Assembly (NCBI GenBank): GCA_044375335.1
Contig: JBILMW010000002.1
Span: 59 to 64,058 of the forward strand
Length of the DNA: 64,000 nt
From: Terrimicrobiaceae bacterium
GTDB lineage: Bacteria; Verrucomicrobiota; Verrucomicrobiia; Chthoniobacterales; Terrimicrobiaceae
Reading direction: 5' to 3'
Shown: positions 9,682-19,033 of the stretch, piece after piece
Position numbering within the stretch: position 1 is the first letter of the stretch
How the letters are laid out: each line of letters begins with the position of its first letter
Notes under the pieces: generated by a model
What the model was told of the DNA's origin: nothing
Seen by the model: only the letters and a program-made list of their open reading frames with translations
The model's database searches: none
Program-made: the position numbers and the translations under genes

Positions 9682-10851
9682 ATGAAATGCCTTGTTCTCA
9701 CAAGTGAATACCCTCCGTCCATAGGCGGAGTGGGCAATGCAGCAGCAGCATTCTCTCGAGAGTTTTCCGCACGCGGGTGGGTCATTGAAATTATCACTGT
9801 AGCCACTCATAGCCAAGCATCGAGAGAGAAGGTCCCAGAGGGAATCATCCACAGATTATCGTTGAGTGGAGATTCCAGTTGCTGGAATCCCCTTTCTGGT
9901 GAAGTCGCGAGAGTTGAAGCCTTGATTGCTGACTTCTCACCAGATGTCGCAGTCATTCATGGTTGGCAGGGGTGGTGCACAAGAACCGTGCCGCGTTTAT
10001 ATTCCGCAAAAATCCCTATCGTATTGCAAAGCCATGGATTTGGAATGCATCGAGTGCCATGGCATTGGAGACCACCTTTTGGCCTTAAGGCTTGGGCAGG
10101 TTATCTGCCGTTTATTCTGCGTTTGCCTTCGTTCATTCGAAAATTATCTGCGCTGTCCGTTTTGAGCAAGGAACCAAGATTACTTAAGGGATTTGACCAC
10201 TGGGTTGGCTCACATTTTGGATGTCAAAATGTTGTAACAATTCCCAATGGCGTCAAAAAAATACAAAGTTCACCGCTGGAATTTTTAGAAACCTGTCCCC
10301 TTGCTCTCAATAAGCATATTGTGCTTTGCGTGGCAAATTATTGCGACCGTAAAAACCAATTCCTAGCTTTGGATGTGGCTCGTCAGACTGGAAAAGAGGA
10401 TCTTTTTTTTGCGTTCATCGGAGGTGACCAGAATGCCTATTACAGAGAGCTTGAAAAACGAACTCAGGCATGGGGTCTTGAAAGACGCGTTGCTCTATTT
10501 CATGGCGTTTCCCGTTCATTCACAGAATCTGCGATCCAAGCCTGCGACATCGCACTTATGACTTCCAAGTGGGAAATGCAACCTCTGTTTCTCCTTGAGG
10601 CTATGTCCGCCGGCAGACCTTGGGTATCCACAAATGTAGGGAGCGTTAGCGAACTTCAAGGAGGTATCATCTCAAAAGTTTCGACTAAAAATCTTACGTC
10701 AAATTTATTGAGACTATTAAACGATAAAAAACTTAGGAAGCAGCTAGGGAAAGAAGGGGCGCGCCAATGGGCTACTGAATTTTCAACAGATATGGTTTAT
10801 GATCGCTGGCAAGATCTCCTTCTATCTGCAGTAGGTAAAACTCATCAGTAG
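9682..10851 (+). CDS. GT4 glycosyltransferase
   Basis: MKCLVLTSEYPPSIGGVGN N-terminus and C-terminal WEMQPLFLLEAMSAGRPWVSTNVGSVSEL. The ATG at 9682 was chosen over the ORF-track start 9661 because it directly follows the upstream stop. Confidence 0.8.
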   Translation: MKCLVLTSEYPPSIGGVGNAAAAFSREFSARGWVIEIITVATHSQASREKVPEGIIHRLSLSGDSSCWNPLSGEVARVEALIADFSPDVAVIHGWQGWCTRTVPRLYSAKIPIVLQSHGFGMHRVPWHWRPPFGLKAWAGYLPFILRLPSFIRKLSALSVLSKEPRLLKGFDHWVGSHFGCQNVVTIPNGVKKIQSSPLEFLETCPLALNKHIVLCVANYCDRKNQFLALDVARQTGKEDLFFAFIGGDQNAYYRELEKRTQAWGLERRVALFHGVSRSFTESAIQACDIALMTSKWEMQPLFLLEAMSAGRPWVSTNVGSVSELQGGIISKVSTKNLTSNLLRLLNDKKLRKQLGKEGARQWATEFSTDMVYDRWQDLLLSAVGKTHQ

Positions 10852-10901
10852 CAAACTACTTTTATGCTTAGCTGAAATTCCTATCGAAAAAAACTTTTGA
10901 A

Positions 10902-12050
10902 ATGATTGATATCGTATATGAGAGGCAATGGTCATCGCTAAGCAATTTAGTGCAGGTCCTGATCAACTTGAATAAAATGGGAACCCTATATGGGGGCTTT
11001 CCAAAATGGCGCTACATAAACGCTGGAATACCAAGGGAAATTTTACAAACAAATCCAACCGCAAGTCTTGCGAATTTTGTAATCTCAAAAATCGGTTTGC
11101 CTGCATCACTTATGTTGGATGAACCGAAGATAATAGGAAACTGGGTGGCAAAATTTAGCGATTTGTCTGAAACTTTAATTGTCAATGGAACGGCGTATCG
11201 TATTTTATTTCCAAAACTTAAGGACTCAGCTCGAAAACTCATTCTGGAAAGAGGTTCAATGCATCCATGTGAGTTTTTTAGATTGAACCAGAAAGCCCGA
11301 AAAGAAGCAGGCTATTCTTATACAGATAAGATACCTGTGCCGATACTGGATGAAATCGAGAAGACTTCGCTAGCTGACTTTATTATTGCGGGCAGTCAAA
11401 TGGTGCGCCAGTCCTATGTAGACCATGGTTATCCAGTGAACCGAATTTTTGACTGCAGCTATGGAATTGATGCAGAAAAATATTCATATATTCAAAGAAA
11501 AATTCCAAAGGCTCGGCCAATAAAAATAGGAATTATGGGCGTTGTGGGATTTAGAAAAGGGCTTCTGCGACTTTTAAAAATAGGCTCTTGGGCTCGCAGA
11601 AAAGGTTACAATGTAGAAATTCATTTTGCCGGTCCGATTAGTGATATTGAAGCGCATGACCTTCTACAAAAGACTGACGCTAAATATTACCTTCACGGAG
11701 TTCTTAAGGGGAGCGCTCAAATTCAATTCCTTGAAAATTGTGATCTCTACGCGATTCCTTCGTATGAGGAAGGATTACCTTTTTCATTGCTTGAGGCAAT
11801 GAGCACAGGTTTATTAGCAATAGTAAGTAATGACACCGGTGCCCGCGAAGTTGTCGAACATAATAGAAGCGGGTTTATCTTGCAATCGTTCTCCGACGAT
11901 GAATTTGACAGTATTTTACAGCCTCTCTTCAGTTCACCTGAAAGAATAATAAATATGGGAAAGTATGCCAGAAAAAGAATTACTAGCGAGTATTCTTATC
12001 AGAATTATTTTTCTCGTATTAACCATGCATTAAATTTTATGAATGTGTAG
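10902..12050 (+). CDS. GT4 glycosyltransferase
   Basis: YEEGLPFSLLEAMSTGLLAIVSNDTGAREVVEHNRSGFIL signature. AT-rich gene. Confidence 0.8.
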   Translation: MIDIVYERQWSSLSNLVQVLINLNKMGTLYGGFPKWRYINAGIPREILQTNPTASLANFVISKIGLPASLMLDEPKIIGNWVAKFSDLSETLIVNGTAYRILFPKLKDSARKLILERGSMHPCEFFRLNQKARKEAGYSYTDKIPVPILDEIEKTSLADFIIAGSQMVRQSYVDHGYPVNRIFDCSYGIDAEKYSYIQRKIPKARPIKIGIMGVVGFRKGLLRLLKIGSWARRKGYNVEIHFAGPISDIEAHDLLQKTDAKYYLHGVLKGSAQIQFLENCDLYAIPSYEEGLPFSLLEAMSTGLLAIVSNDTGAREVVEHNRSGFILQSFSDDEFDSILQPLFSSPERIINMGKYARKRITSEYSYQNYFSRINHALNFMNV

Positions 12051-12065
12051 CAAATCATTGATTTT

Positions 12066-12752
12066 ATGAGATTCTTAAAGATGCTAATAAAAAAATGTAT
12101 TTATCAATACTATGGACTAATGCCAGAAATCAAAATTCCGTATGAAACTGTTAATCCAGGGGAGCAGGCATGGTATTTCAAAAAAGGCTCTTTAACTCAG
12201 AATTCCATCGTATACTCTTTCGGTTTAGCAGATAATATAGTTTTTGACATTAATATAATAAAAAGTTACAATGTAAATGTTTTCGGGTTTGACCCAACCC
12301 CATCATCAATTAAGTTTATTTCCAGTTTGGAAATTCCTAAGCAATTTTATCACTTCCCATTAGCGATTGCAGACTATGATGGCGAGCTAGATTTTATTAT
12401 ACCAAGGGATTCTAATATATCTGGATTTTCGAAAAATCTACACAAAAATAGCCAAGATGAATTTACAGAAATTAAAGTATCGTGCTGTAGTTTATCATCA
12501 ATAATGAACAAGCTCGGGCATGACAAAATAGATCTCCTAAAAATGGATATAGAAGGGATGGAATACAAAGTTATTGATCAATTAGTTTCGGAACATCTTG
12601 ATATTAAACAAATCTTGGTTGAATTTCACCATAGATTTTCAGGAATTGGTTTACGCAACACGCTTTTAGCAGTTCAAAAACTGAGAAATTCAGGGTTCAA
12701 GCTTTTTCATGTTTCACCTTGGTGTGAGGAATATGCATTCATTAAAGAATAA
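12066..12752 (+). CDS. FkbM-family methyltransferase
   Basis: VYSFGLADN..., FGFDP and IDLLKMDIEGMEYKVI motifs are characteristic of FkbM-type methyltransferases. Confidence 0.8.
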   Translation: MRFLKMLIKKCIYQYYGLMPEIKIPYETVNPGEQAWYFKKGSLTQNSIVYSFGLADNIVFDINIIKSYNVNVFGFDPTPSSIKFISSLEIPKQFYHFPLAIADYDGELDFIIPRDSNISGFSKNLHKNSQDEFTEIKVSCCSLSSIMNKLGHDKIDLLKMDIEGMEYKVIDQLVSEHLDIKQILVEFHHRFSGIGLRNTLLAVQKLRNSGFKLFHVSPWCEEYAFIKE

Positions 12753-13920
12753 AATAAAGGTTGTAATGACCGTTGCTTGCGCTAATGACCTCAGTGGCGC
12801 GTCAATGCGAGATTTAACGCGCGCATCTCCCGTAGTGCATCCTGCTATAGATAACTTATTAGAAGGATTATCAGAATGTCCTGAATTGGATATTGAGGTT
12901 GTATTTGGTAAAAAATATATCAACGCAAATGATTGTCGAAAGGAGGGGAATATTTTATATACACCCGTATTTTATACTCCTCTTCCCTTCCCAGGTATGG
13001 GTTGGTCTTACCTTGCAAGGTATCAGGCAATCAAAAAATATTTAAAGTCTGTTAAGCCAGATATAGTCCATGCACAAGGCACTGAGAGAGAGTCTGGTAT
13101 CGTTGCTGCTTTTTCAAAATCTCCATCATTGCTAACCCTTCATGGAAATTTTCGGGAAATTTCTAAAATTCTTCCATCTCCATTAATAAGCTACAACACT
13201 GTTAATGCTTGGCTCGAATCAATTGCAATCAAAAAGTGCACTTCTATCCTTTGTATTTCAAAATATACAGAAGCATCTGTAAAATCTCTCAACAAAAATA
13301 CTCATCTCTTACCAAACGCTGTCTCCAGTGTTTTTTTTAACGTTGTTAAAAAAACAGTTCCCGGCAGAGTCGTTTGTGTAGCGTCTATTTCAAGAAGAAA
13401 AAATCAAATCTCTCTTTTAAAATCTTGCGATCAAATAGCGGCGCTAATACCAAACTTTAATTTGCATTTTTGGGGAGATTGTAACACTTCCGATCCGTAT
13501 GCTGTAGATTTTTTACAGCAAATTAAAAGTCGAAACTGGGCTCAATATTGCGGAATTTCTTCATCAACGCAGATGCAAAATATTCTTGCCGAGGCCGAGT
13601 TGATGGTGCTGCCATCAATCGAAGATAATTGTCCAGTTGCTTTACTTGAGGCGATGGCTGCAAGTCTACCAATCCTGGCCACATCTGTCGGTGGGATTCC
13701 GGATTTAATTAAAGAAGGGGTGAATGGATTTTTAGTAAAGCCCGCAGAAATGGACAAAATGGCTCAGCATTTTTTCAGTCTTTTGAGTTCGGATTCAATA
13801 GCAACCGAAATGGGATTAAGATCTAGAGAAATAGCTAAAAAATGCTATTCCCCAGAATATATTGCGCAAAAACATCTTAAAATTTATTGTGATCTTGCTG
13901 GCAAGTCGTTTTTTAAATAG
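12733..13920 (+). CDS. GT4 glycosyltransferase
   Basis: IEDNCPVALLEAMAASLPILATSVGGIPDLIKEGVNGFLV signature. Start taken at ATG 12733 (MHSLKNKIKVVM). The 3' end overlaps the convergent gene by 37 nt. Confidence 0.8.
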   Translation: MHSLKNKIKVVMTVACANDLSGASMRDLTRASPVVHPAIDNLLEGLSECPELDIEVVFGKKYINANDCRKEGNILYTPVFYTPLPFPGMGWSYLARYQAIKKYLKSVKPDIVHAQGTERESGIVAAFSKSPSLLTLHGNFREISKILPSPLISYNTVNAWLESIAIKKCTSILCISKYTEASVKSLNKNTHLLPNAVSSVFFNVVKKTVPGRVVCVASISRRKNQISLLKSCDQIAALIPNFNLHFWGDCNTSDPYAVDFLQQIKSRNWAQYCGISSSTQMQNILAEAELMVLPSIEDNCPVALLEAMAASLPILATSVGGIPDLIKEGVNGFLVKPAEMDKMAQHFFSLLSSDSIATEMGLRSREIAKKCYSPEYIAQKHLKIYCDLAGKSFFK

Positions 13921-15404
13921 GCAGATAAGGATCTGTTAGCCAAGTTCAGCAGTGCTAAATTTGAGATGGCTTGAACCATATCATCGCCTAAAGATCCATA
14001 GATAAAAATAAAACCTAAAGGGCTGTAGATAACACCTAAGCCTAAAAATAAAGCCAATGTAAAAAATGGGGTTCCTTTAGATTTTAAAATAATTGAATAG
14101 GCATACTTAGCATTTGCAAAAATTAGTGTGACGAATAATATAAGACCCACCACGCCAACAAACCTAATTGCAGAAACAGGACCGCTATGATAGCCTCCAG
14201 TTACCAAGAAGTAATCCTGAAGGCCTTCGCTGGTATCCATTCTTAAAGCATTCATCGCAGCCCATCCGCGCAACTCAGAGGGGTCGAAGCCGAATCCGTC
14301 ACCCAGCACTTTATTCTTGATGTATCGATCCGTCGTAAGCGCCAAGCGCCACATTTCTAATCGCCAGTCGACTGTTCCCTTAGCATCTACAGTGGCTCTA
14401 TGGTCCCACGATATGGGAATAAAAGAAAGCGCCCTCTGCGCGGCGAGCGGAACTTGTAACCCTGCCGTTTGAACGATGACAATCATGACAATACCTGCGA
14501 CAGCCGCAGCGAACAACGGAAACACCTGCCGGATGCCGCCGCGAATAAAACTGGCGAGGGCTATCGCGAAAAGCCAACCAATCAAGTTGCTTCGGAATCC
14601 TGACAATAAAACGGCGACCAGCGAGGCAAAGAAGCATGCGGAAAGGAAGATGTTTTGGAAGAATATGAGCTTGAAAATGTTCGCATAGGATATTGCCGCC
14701 TTACCGACTTCCACCCCGAAGCCTGCGAGATAGGCGTGCCTCTCGACTCGGCCAGTGTCCACGGGCTCCATCGGATTGGCTTCGCCGCCCGGCATGAATC
14801 CCGAATACAGTGTCGCCAATCGGAATCCCAAGCCTGGTGCAAAATAGCCTACGAGTCCACTGAGAGCGTTTACAACCGATCCCAAACACATGAGAGCGGG
14901 CAAGAGCATTGCAACTCTCGGTTTGATTGTGACATGCTGGAGAACCCAAAATCCGCAACAGGCCAACAGAATGGCAAAATAGGGCCGCCCACCGATGAGG
15001 TTGGATCTGATAAAATCCACACCCACAGGATTTCGAGCGAATACTGTCGCAAGATACAGCAAATTGCAAATCAGCAGCTTGTCACACCAGTTCAGTCGAG
15101 GAAATCTTGGAATGACCTTCAAGGCCTTGAACAGCACAAATAGCCCGAAGCAAAAGGCCACAGACATTTCGGCAATCGATGCCGGCAACCTGCCTCCGCC
15201 AATTGTCCCGCCCAATCCTGAGCAGAGGGGAATGAGCAGCCAGGCATTTTGTTTCAGCCCCAATGCCCCGACCGCAAGCACGGCGAAACCCACATACATT
15301 CCCAGACGGCTGTAATTGTTCTCCGCCACATTCCGTCCCACAACAATGGCAAAGAGCAAGGCTGCGGCCATCACGACCCCAAGAAAAATTTTGTTCTTAT
15401 TCAT
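13884..15404 (-). CDS. O-antigen polymerase/ligase-like polytopic membrane protein (Wzy-like)
   Basis: 506 aa with at least 10 hydrophobic segments and one larger loop. It is the only minus-strand gene in the glycan cluster. Assigned from topology and context; no unambiguous motif seen. Confidence 0.55.
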   Translation of the reverse strand: MNKNKIFLGVVMAAALLFAIVVGRNVAENNYSRLGMYVGFAVLAVGALGLKQNAWLLIPLCSGLGGTIGGGRLPASIAEMSVAFCFGLFVLFKALKVIPRFPRLNWCDKLLICNLLYLATVFARNPVGVDFIRSNLIGGRPYFAILLACCGFWVLQHVTIKPRVAMLLPALMCLGSVVNALSGLVGYFAPGLGFRLATLYSGFMPGGEANPMEPVDTGRVERHAYLAGFGVEVGKAAISYANIFKLIFFQNIFLSACFFASLVAVLLSGFRSNLIGWLFAIALASFIRGGIRQVFPLFAAAVAGIVMIVIVQTAGLQVPLAAQRALSFIPISWDHRATVDAKGTVDWRLEMWRLALTTDRYIKNKVLGDGFGFDPSELRGWAAMNALRMDTSEGLQDYFLVTGGYHSGPVSAIRFVGVVGLILFVTLIFANAKYAYSIILKSKGTPFFTLALFLGLGVIYSPLGFIFIYGSLGDDMVQAISNLALLNLANRSLSAYLKNDLPARSQ

Positions 15405-15551
15405 TCAAAGTGGCGTTATATTAGACCTTTGATAACGGAGGGCAAAAAGAATAGTAGAACTCAGACCAACGTTCAAGAAAAAATCGGAAAAATCTTGGCT
15501 CGAAATACTGTAGCGGCTTTCTATGACTGCCGATTATCAGAAAACATTTTG

Positions 15552-15773
15552 ACCACGGATGACTCGGATGGGCACGGATGAAGAGGAGCGTGGATGCAGT
15601 CGCCGGGCGACTGAGGCGACGAAAAAACAAACCTCCTGCAAGCGAGCTTGCACGAGTTTCGATTTTTCTCTGCCAATCCCACTTTGCGGGATCATCCATG
15701 CCATCCAAGTGATCTGTGAGTAGGCGCACCACTCATTCTTCCCATCCGTGTTTATCAGTGCAATCGGTGGTTA
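15552..15773. repeat. MITE-like repeat, copy 1 (about 222 bp, imperfect terminal inverted repeats ACCACGGATG.../...CATCCGTG..CGGTGGTT)
   Basis: Aligns by eye over its whole length with 16814..17027, for example the shared core GGATGCAGTCGCCGGGCGA...CCTGCAAGCGAGCTTGCACGAGTTTCGATTTTTCTC. The ends are inverted relative to each other. Confidence 0.85.
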
Positions 15774-15810
15774 TAAAAAATTCCCAACAATAATTTTGCC
15801 ATAACTCGTC

Positions 15811-16782
15811 TTGAATCCAAATTTTAGCATCGTTACACCTATCTTCTGCCAACTCGATTGGCTCAGGTTGTGTATCGCCAGCGTGCAGGATCAAGTAGTT
15901 GCCACGCCCTCGACTCTCGACTCTCGACCCTCAACCCTCTCCATCGAGCACATCATCCAAGATGCGGGCACGCCAGGCATCGAAGACTTGGCTCGAGAAC
16001 TTGGTGCTGAGTTTTACCGTGATGGTCAGCTTGTATTTAGTGAGCGGAAAGAGACGAGAGACAAGCGCCGAGAGACAAGCCAACAGCACTCAAAACCCAC
16101 CAATGAGGATCAATCGGTCTACTCTCTCAAAATTTTCAGCGAGAAGGACGCTGGAATGTATGATGCCATTAATCGTGGCCTTGCGCGCTCTGCTGGAGGG
16201 ATTTGTGCATGGCTTAACTCTGACGAGCAATATCTGCCCGAGACCCTTTCCAAAGTGGCGCAGATTTTTCAGCAGCAAACAAAGTTGGATGTCTTGCTTG
16301 GCGATGCGATTTTGCTTAATTCCTCCTTGGAGGCCATTTGCTATAGGCGAATTATGCTTCCCAGCCTTTGGCATACGCGCCTGGACCATTTGCACTCACT
16401 GAGTTGTGCCATGTTCTTTAAAAAGTCTGCCCTACCAAATCCCCCTTTGAATCCTCGCTGGAAGGTTGTTAGTGATGCAGTTTTGATGGAGCATTTTCTG
16501 TTTAGCAGGAAAAACATCTACGCCTGCCAGTTGCCTCTGGCAGCTTATGCCTTCACAGGACAAAATCTTAGTGCAGACAAGAATTGTAAAGAACTGGACC
16601 AATGGTGGGCGGAAACGCGCTGGCCTCCGCGAGCACTTAAGCCTCTCGTTGTCATTCATAACCGCTTCCGACGATTGCTGGCTGGCGCCTATCAAAATTT
16701 CCAACTGAATACAAAAATCCATACTTCTTTTGGATATAAATCCCTAAAAGAAAGCGTTTCAGGCCTATGGCCAGCCCATTGA
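15811..16782 (+). CDS. GT2 glycosyltransferase containing an in-frame heptamer-repeat tract
   Basis: FSIVTPIF...IEHIIQDAGTPG...DAGMYDAINRGLARSAGGICAWLNSDEQYLP is a typical GT2 (WcaA-like) pattern. TTG start. An extra segment, VVATPSTLDSRPSTLS, is encoded by the CTCGACY/CTCAACC repeat. Confidence 0.8.
   Translation: MNPNFSIVTPIFCQLDWLRLCIASVQDQVVATPSTLDSRPSTLSIEHIIQDAGTPGIEDLARELGAEFYRDGQLVFSERKETRDKRRETSQQHSKPTNEDQSVYSLKIFSEKDAGMYDAINRGLARSAGGICAWLNSDEQYLPETLSKVAQIFQQQTKLDVLLGDAILLNSSLEAICYRRIMLPSLWHTRLDHLHSLSCAMFFKKSALPNPPLNPRWKVVSDAVLMEHFLFSRKNIYACQLPLAAYAFTGQNLSADKNCKELDQWWAETRWPPRALKPLVVIHNRFRRLLAGAYQNFQLNTKIHTSFGYKSLKESVSGLWPAH
15909..15936. repeat. heptanucleotide repeat tract inside the GT2 CDS: (CTCGACT)x2 (CTCGACC)x1 (CTCAACC)x1
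   Basis: Read directly. Same units and same order as the 3' end of the 922..1075 array. Confidence 0.95.
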
Positions 16783-16813
16783 TCTTGATGATCTGGAAAT
16801 CCTGAAGAACTGG

Positions 16814-17027
16814 AACCACGGATGGGCACGGATAGAAAAGGGCTTGGATGCAGTCGCCGGGCGAATGGGGCGGAGAAACAACAAACTTCCTGCAAGCGAG
16901 CTTGCACGAGTTTCGATTTTTCTCCGCCAACCCCGCTTTCTGGGGATCATCCATGCCACCCGAGCAATCTACGAGTAGTCTCCCCCCATTCTTCCCATCC
17001 GTGTTAATCCGTGTAATCGGTGGTTAA
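16814..17027. repeat. MITE-like repeat, copy 2 (about 214 bp), direct orientation relative to copy 1
   Basis: Same element as 15552..15773. Begins 32 nt after the GT2 stop and ends 20 nt before the next GT4 start. Confidence 0.85.
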
Positions 17028-17046
17028 ATTCTTCCATCTGTGACTT

Positions 17047-18162
17047 ATGGCTAAACAAGTGATCTCCATCATTGCTGTGGCGCAAACGCCGCCGCCGTTT
17101 CATGGGCAGGCCGTGATGAATCAGCATCTCCTCGAGGGGGAATACTCTGAAATCCAATTCCACCATGTGCGCATGGCTTTTTCGGATGATATCCAGGAGG
17201 TGGGAACCTTTAGGTGGAAGAAGATATTTCATTTGGTGGCAGTTTTTTTTGGCATTGTGGCGGCTCGGGTTCGGACCGGCGCGCAGGTTCTTTACTACCC
17301 TCCGGCAAGTCCGAATATGGTGCCCTTTTTGCGTGATTGCGTGCTACTCATTGGCACGCGCTGGCTTTTTAAGAGAATGGTTTTTCACTTTCACGCCAGT
17401 GGCTTGAAAGAATTCTATAAGCGGCTTCCCTGGCCTCTCCAGAAAGCATTTCATTGGGCTTATGGTCGGCCTGACCTTTCCATTTCGATTTCCAGTTTTG
17501 CGAAAGCTGATGCAGAGTTTCTTGATTCTCATGTCATTTTTGTCATACCAAACGGTATTCCCGAGCCTGACATAGTAAAAAAACTTCATCGCTCATTAGC
17601 TCAAAATGCACCGGAAATTCTTTTTTGCGGAATGCTCAGCAAAGAGAAAGGCGTTGGCATCCTCTTGGAAGCTTGCGCCCACTTAAAAACAAAGGGCCTT
17701 CATTTCCGCTGCACGATTGTAGGCCGTGCAGTTTCGGAGGCAGATCAAAAATTCTTTAATGAATTCATACAATCAAATCAAATGGAGGATATTGTTCAAC
17801 TCGCAGGCCCTCTGCATGGAGACGAAAAGTGGAAAGCTTATTCTTGTGCGGATTTATTCTGTTTCCCCACATTTTACTCAGCAGAAACATTCCCACTAGT
17901 GGCGATTGAAGCCATGCTGTTTGGATTGCCAGTCGTCTCCACGGATTGGCGAGGTCTCCCGGATATCGTGGTGCACGGACAAACCGGCTTCCTTGTCCCT
18001 CCAAAGGATGCCAAATCCATCGCTGAATGCTTGGAAAACCTCATTTTAGATCCAGATTTGCGAGCAGCCATGGGTGCTGCCGGCCGGCGACGCTACGAAA
18101 AGAATTTCACGATTGAAAAATTCCGCAATAGTATAGAGTCTGCTCTTGCTTCGATGGGTTAG
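17047..18162 (+). CDS. GT4 glycosyltransferase
   Basis: YSAETFPLVAIEAMLFGLPVVSTDWRGLPDIVVHGQTGFLVP signature. Confidence 0.85.
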   Translation: MAKQVISIIAVAQTPPPFHGQAVMNQHLLEGEYSEIQFHHVRMAFSDDIQEVGTFRWKKIFHLVAVFFGIVAARVRTGAQVLYYPPASPNMVPFLRDCVLLIGTRWLFKRMVFHFHASGLKEFYKRLPWPLQKAFHWAYGRPDLSISISSFAKADAEFLDSHVIFVIPNGIPEPDIVKKLHRSLAQNAPEILFCGMLSKEKGVGILLEACAHLKTKGLHFRCTIVGRAVSEADQKFFNEFIQSNQMEDIVQLAGPLHGDEKWKAYSCADLFCFPTFYSAETFPLVAIEAMLFGLPVVSTDWRGLPDIVVHGQTGFLVPPKDAKSIAECLENLILDPDLRAAMGAAGRRRYEKNFTIEKFRNSIESALASMG

Positions 18163-18277
18163 GCCAAAAAGCAGAAGAATTTAACCACCGACACGGAAAG
18201 CATAGAGAAACAAAAAGCACAGCAGATAGATGAAATAAATATATAAAATTCTTTCATTATTTCTAAATTAAAATTAT

Positions 18278-19033
18278 ATGTTTAAATTCTTTTTAAATAA
18301 AATTGCTGCAAAACTTGGCTATATTGTCCGAAAGCAAAAAGCGGGTATCAAACGCACAGCAAAGGAAGGTCAAGAAAGCGATGTGGACTTCAAGTGGCTT
18401 ATGCAACAAATCCATGGAAAGGATATCTATAAAAACTTTGATGCTTCGAAATACCCAAGCGATCCGTCTGGTTGGGGGAGTGATTCGCCCGCATTTGCCA
18501 AAATTTTTGAGAAATACAATCCACGCTTTGTGATTGAAGTGGGCACTTGGAAGGGTGGTTCAGCACTAACCATGGCGAAACTTCTGCAGGCTCACTCCGG
18601 TGGCACGATTTTGTGCATAGACACTTGGCTGGGAGCGATTGAATTCTGGGAAGATCAAAATGATCCAAGCCGCTTTCAGTCGCTAAACTGCCATCACGGA
18701 TTTCCTCAAGTTTATTACACTTTTCTGGCGAATGTTTGCCACGCGAATGCTCAGGAAATTATTGTCCCTTTTCCTCTTCATTCGTCATCTGCCGCCTTGT
18801 GGCTGATGCGGCGAGGCATCCAAGCTGACGCCATTTACATTGATGCGAGTCACGAGGAGGATGATGTTTATCAGGATCTTTTGGATTACTCGCAGGTTGT
18901 GAAAAAGGGTTCTATCCTTTTTGGAGATGACTGGTCGTGGCTAGGCGTTCAAAATGCAGTGAAGCGATTTGCAAGTGAACACAAACTCACCATTTCACAT
19001 ATTGACGACAAATGGGTTATCCAAATATGTTAG
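18278..19033 (+). CDS. class I SAM-dependent methyltransferase (Methyltransf_24 / cephalosporin-hydroxylase-like fold)
   Basis: VIEVGTWKGGSALTMAKLL and AIYIDASHEEDDVYQDLLDY...GDDW. Confidence 0.7.
   Translation: MFKFFLNKIAAKLGYIVRKQKAGIKRTAKEGQESDVDFKWLMQQIHGKDIYKNFDASKYPSDPSGWGSDSPAFAKIFEKYNPRFVIEVGTWKGGSALTMAKLLQAHSGGTILCIDTWLGAIEFWEDQNDPSRFQSLNCHHGFPQVYYTFLANVCHANAQEIIVPFPLHSSSAALWLMRRGIQADAIYIDASHEEDDVYQDLLDYSQVVKKGSILFGDDWSWLGVQNAVKRFASEHKLTISHIDDKWVIQIC

Noticed and set aside
15421-17007. ORFs 15421..15732(-), 16765..16959(-) and 16822..17007(+), with similar peptide sequences
   Set aside because: They lie entirely within the two MITE-like repeat copies. Their similarity reflects the DNA repeat, not a protein family.
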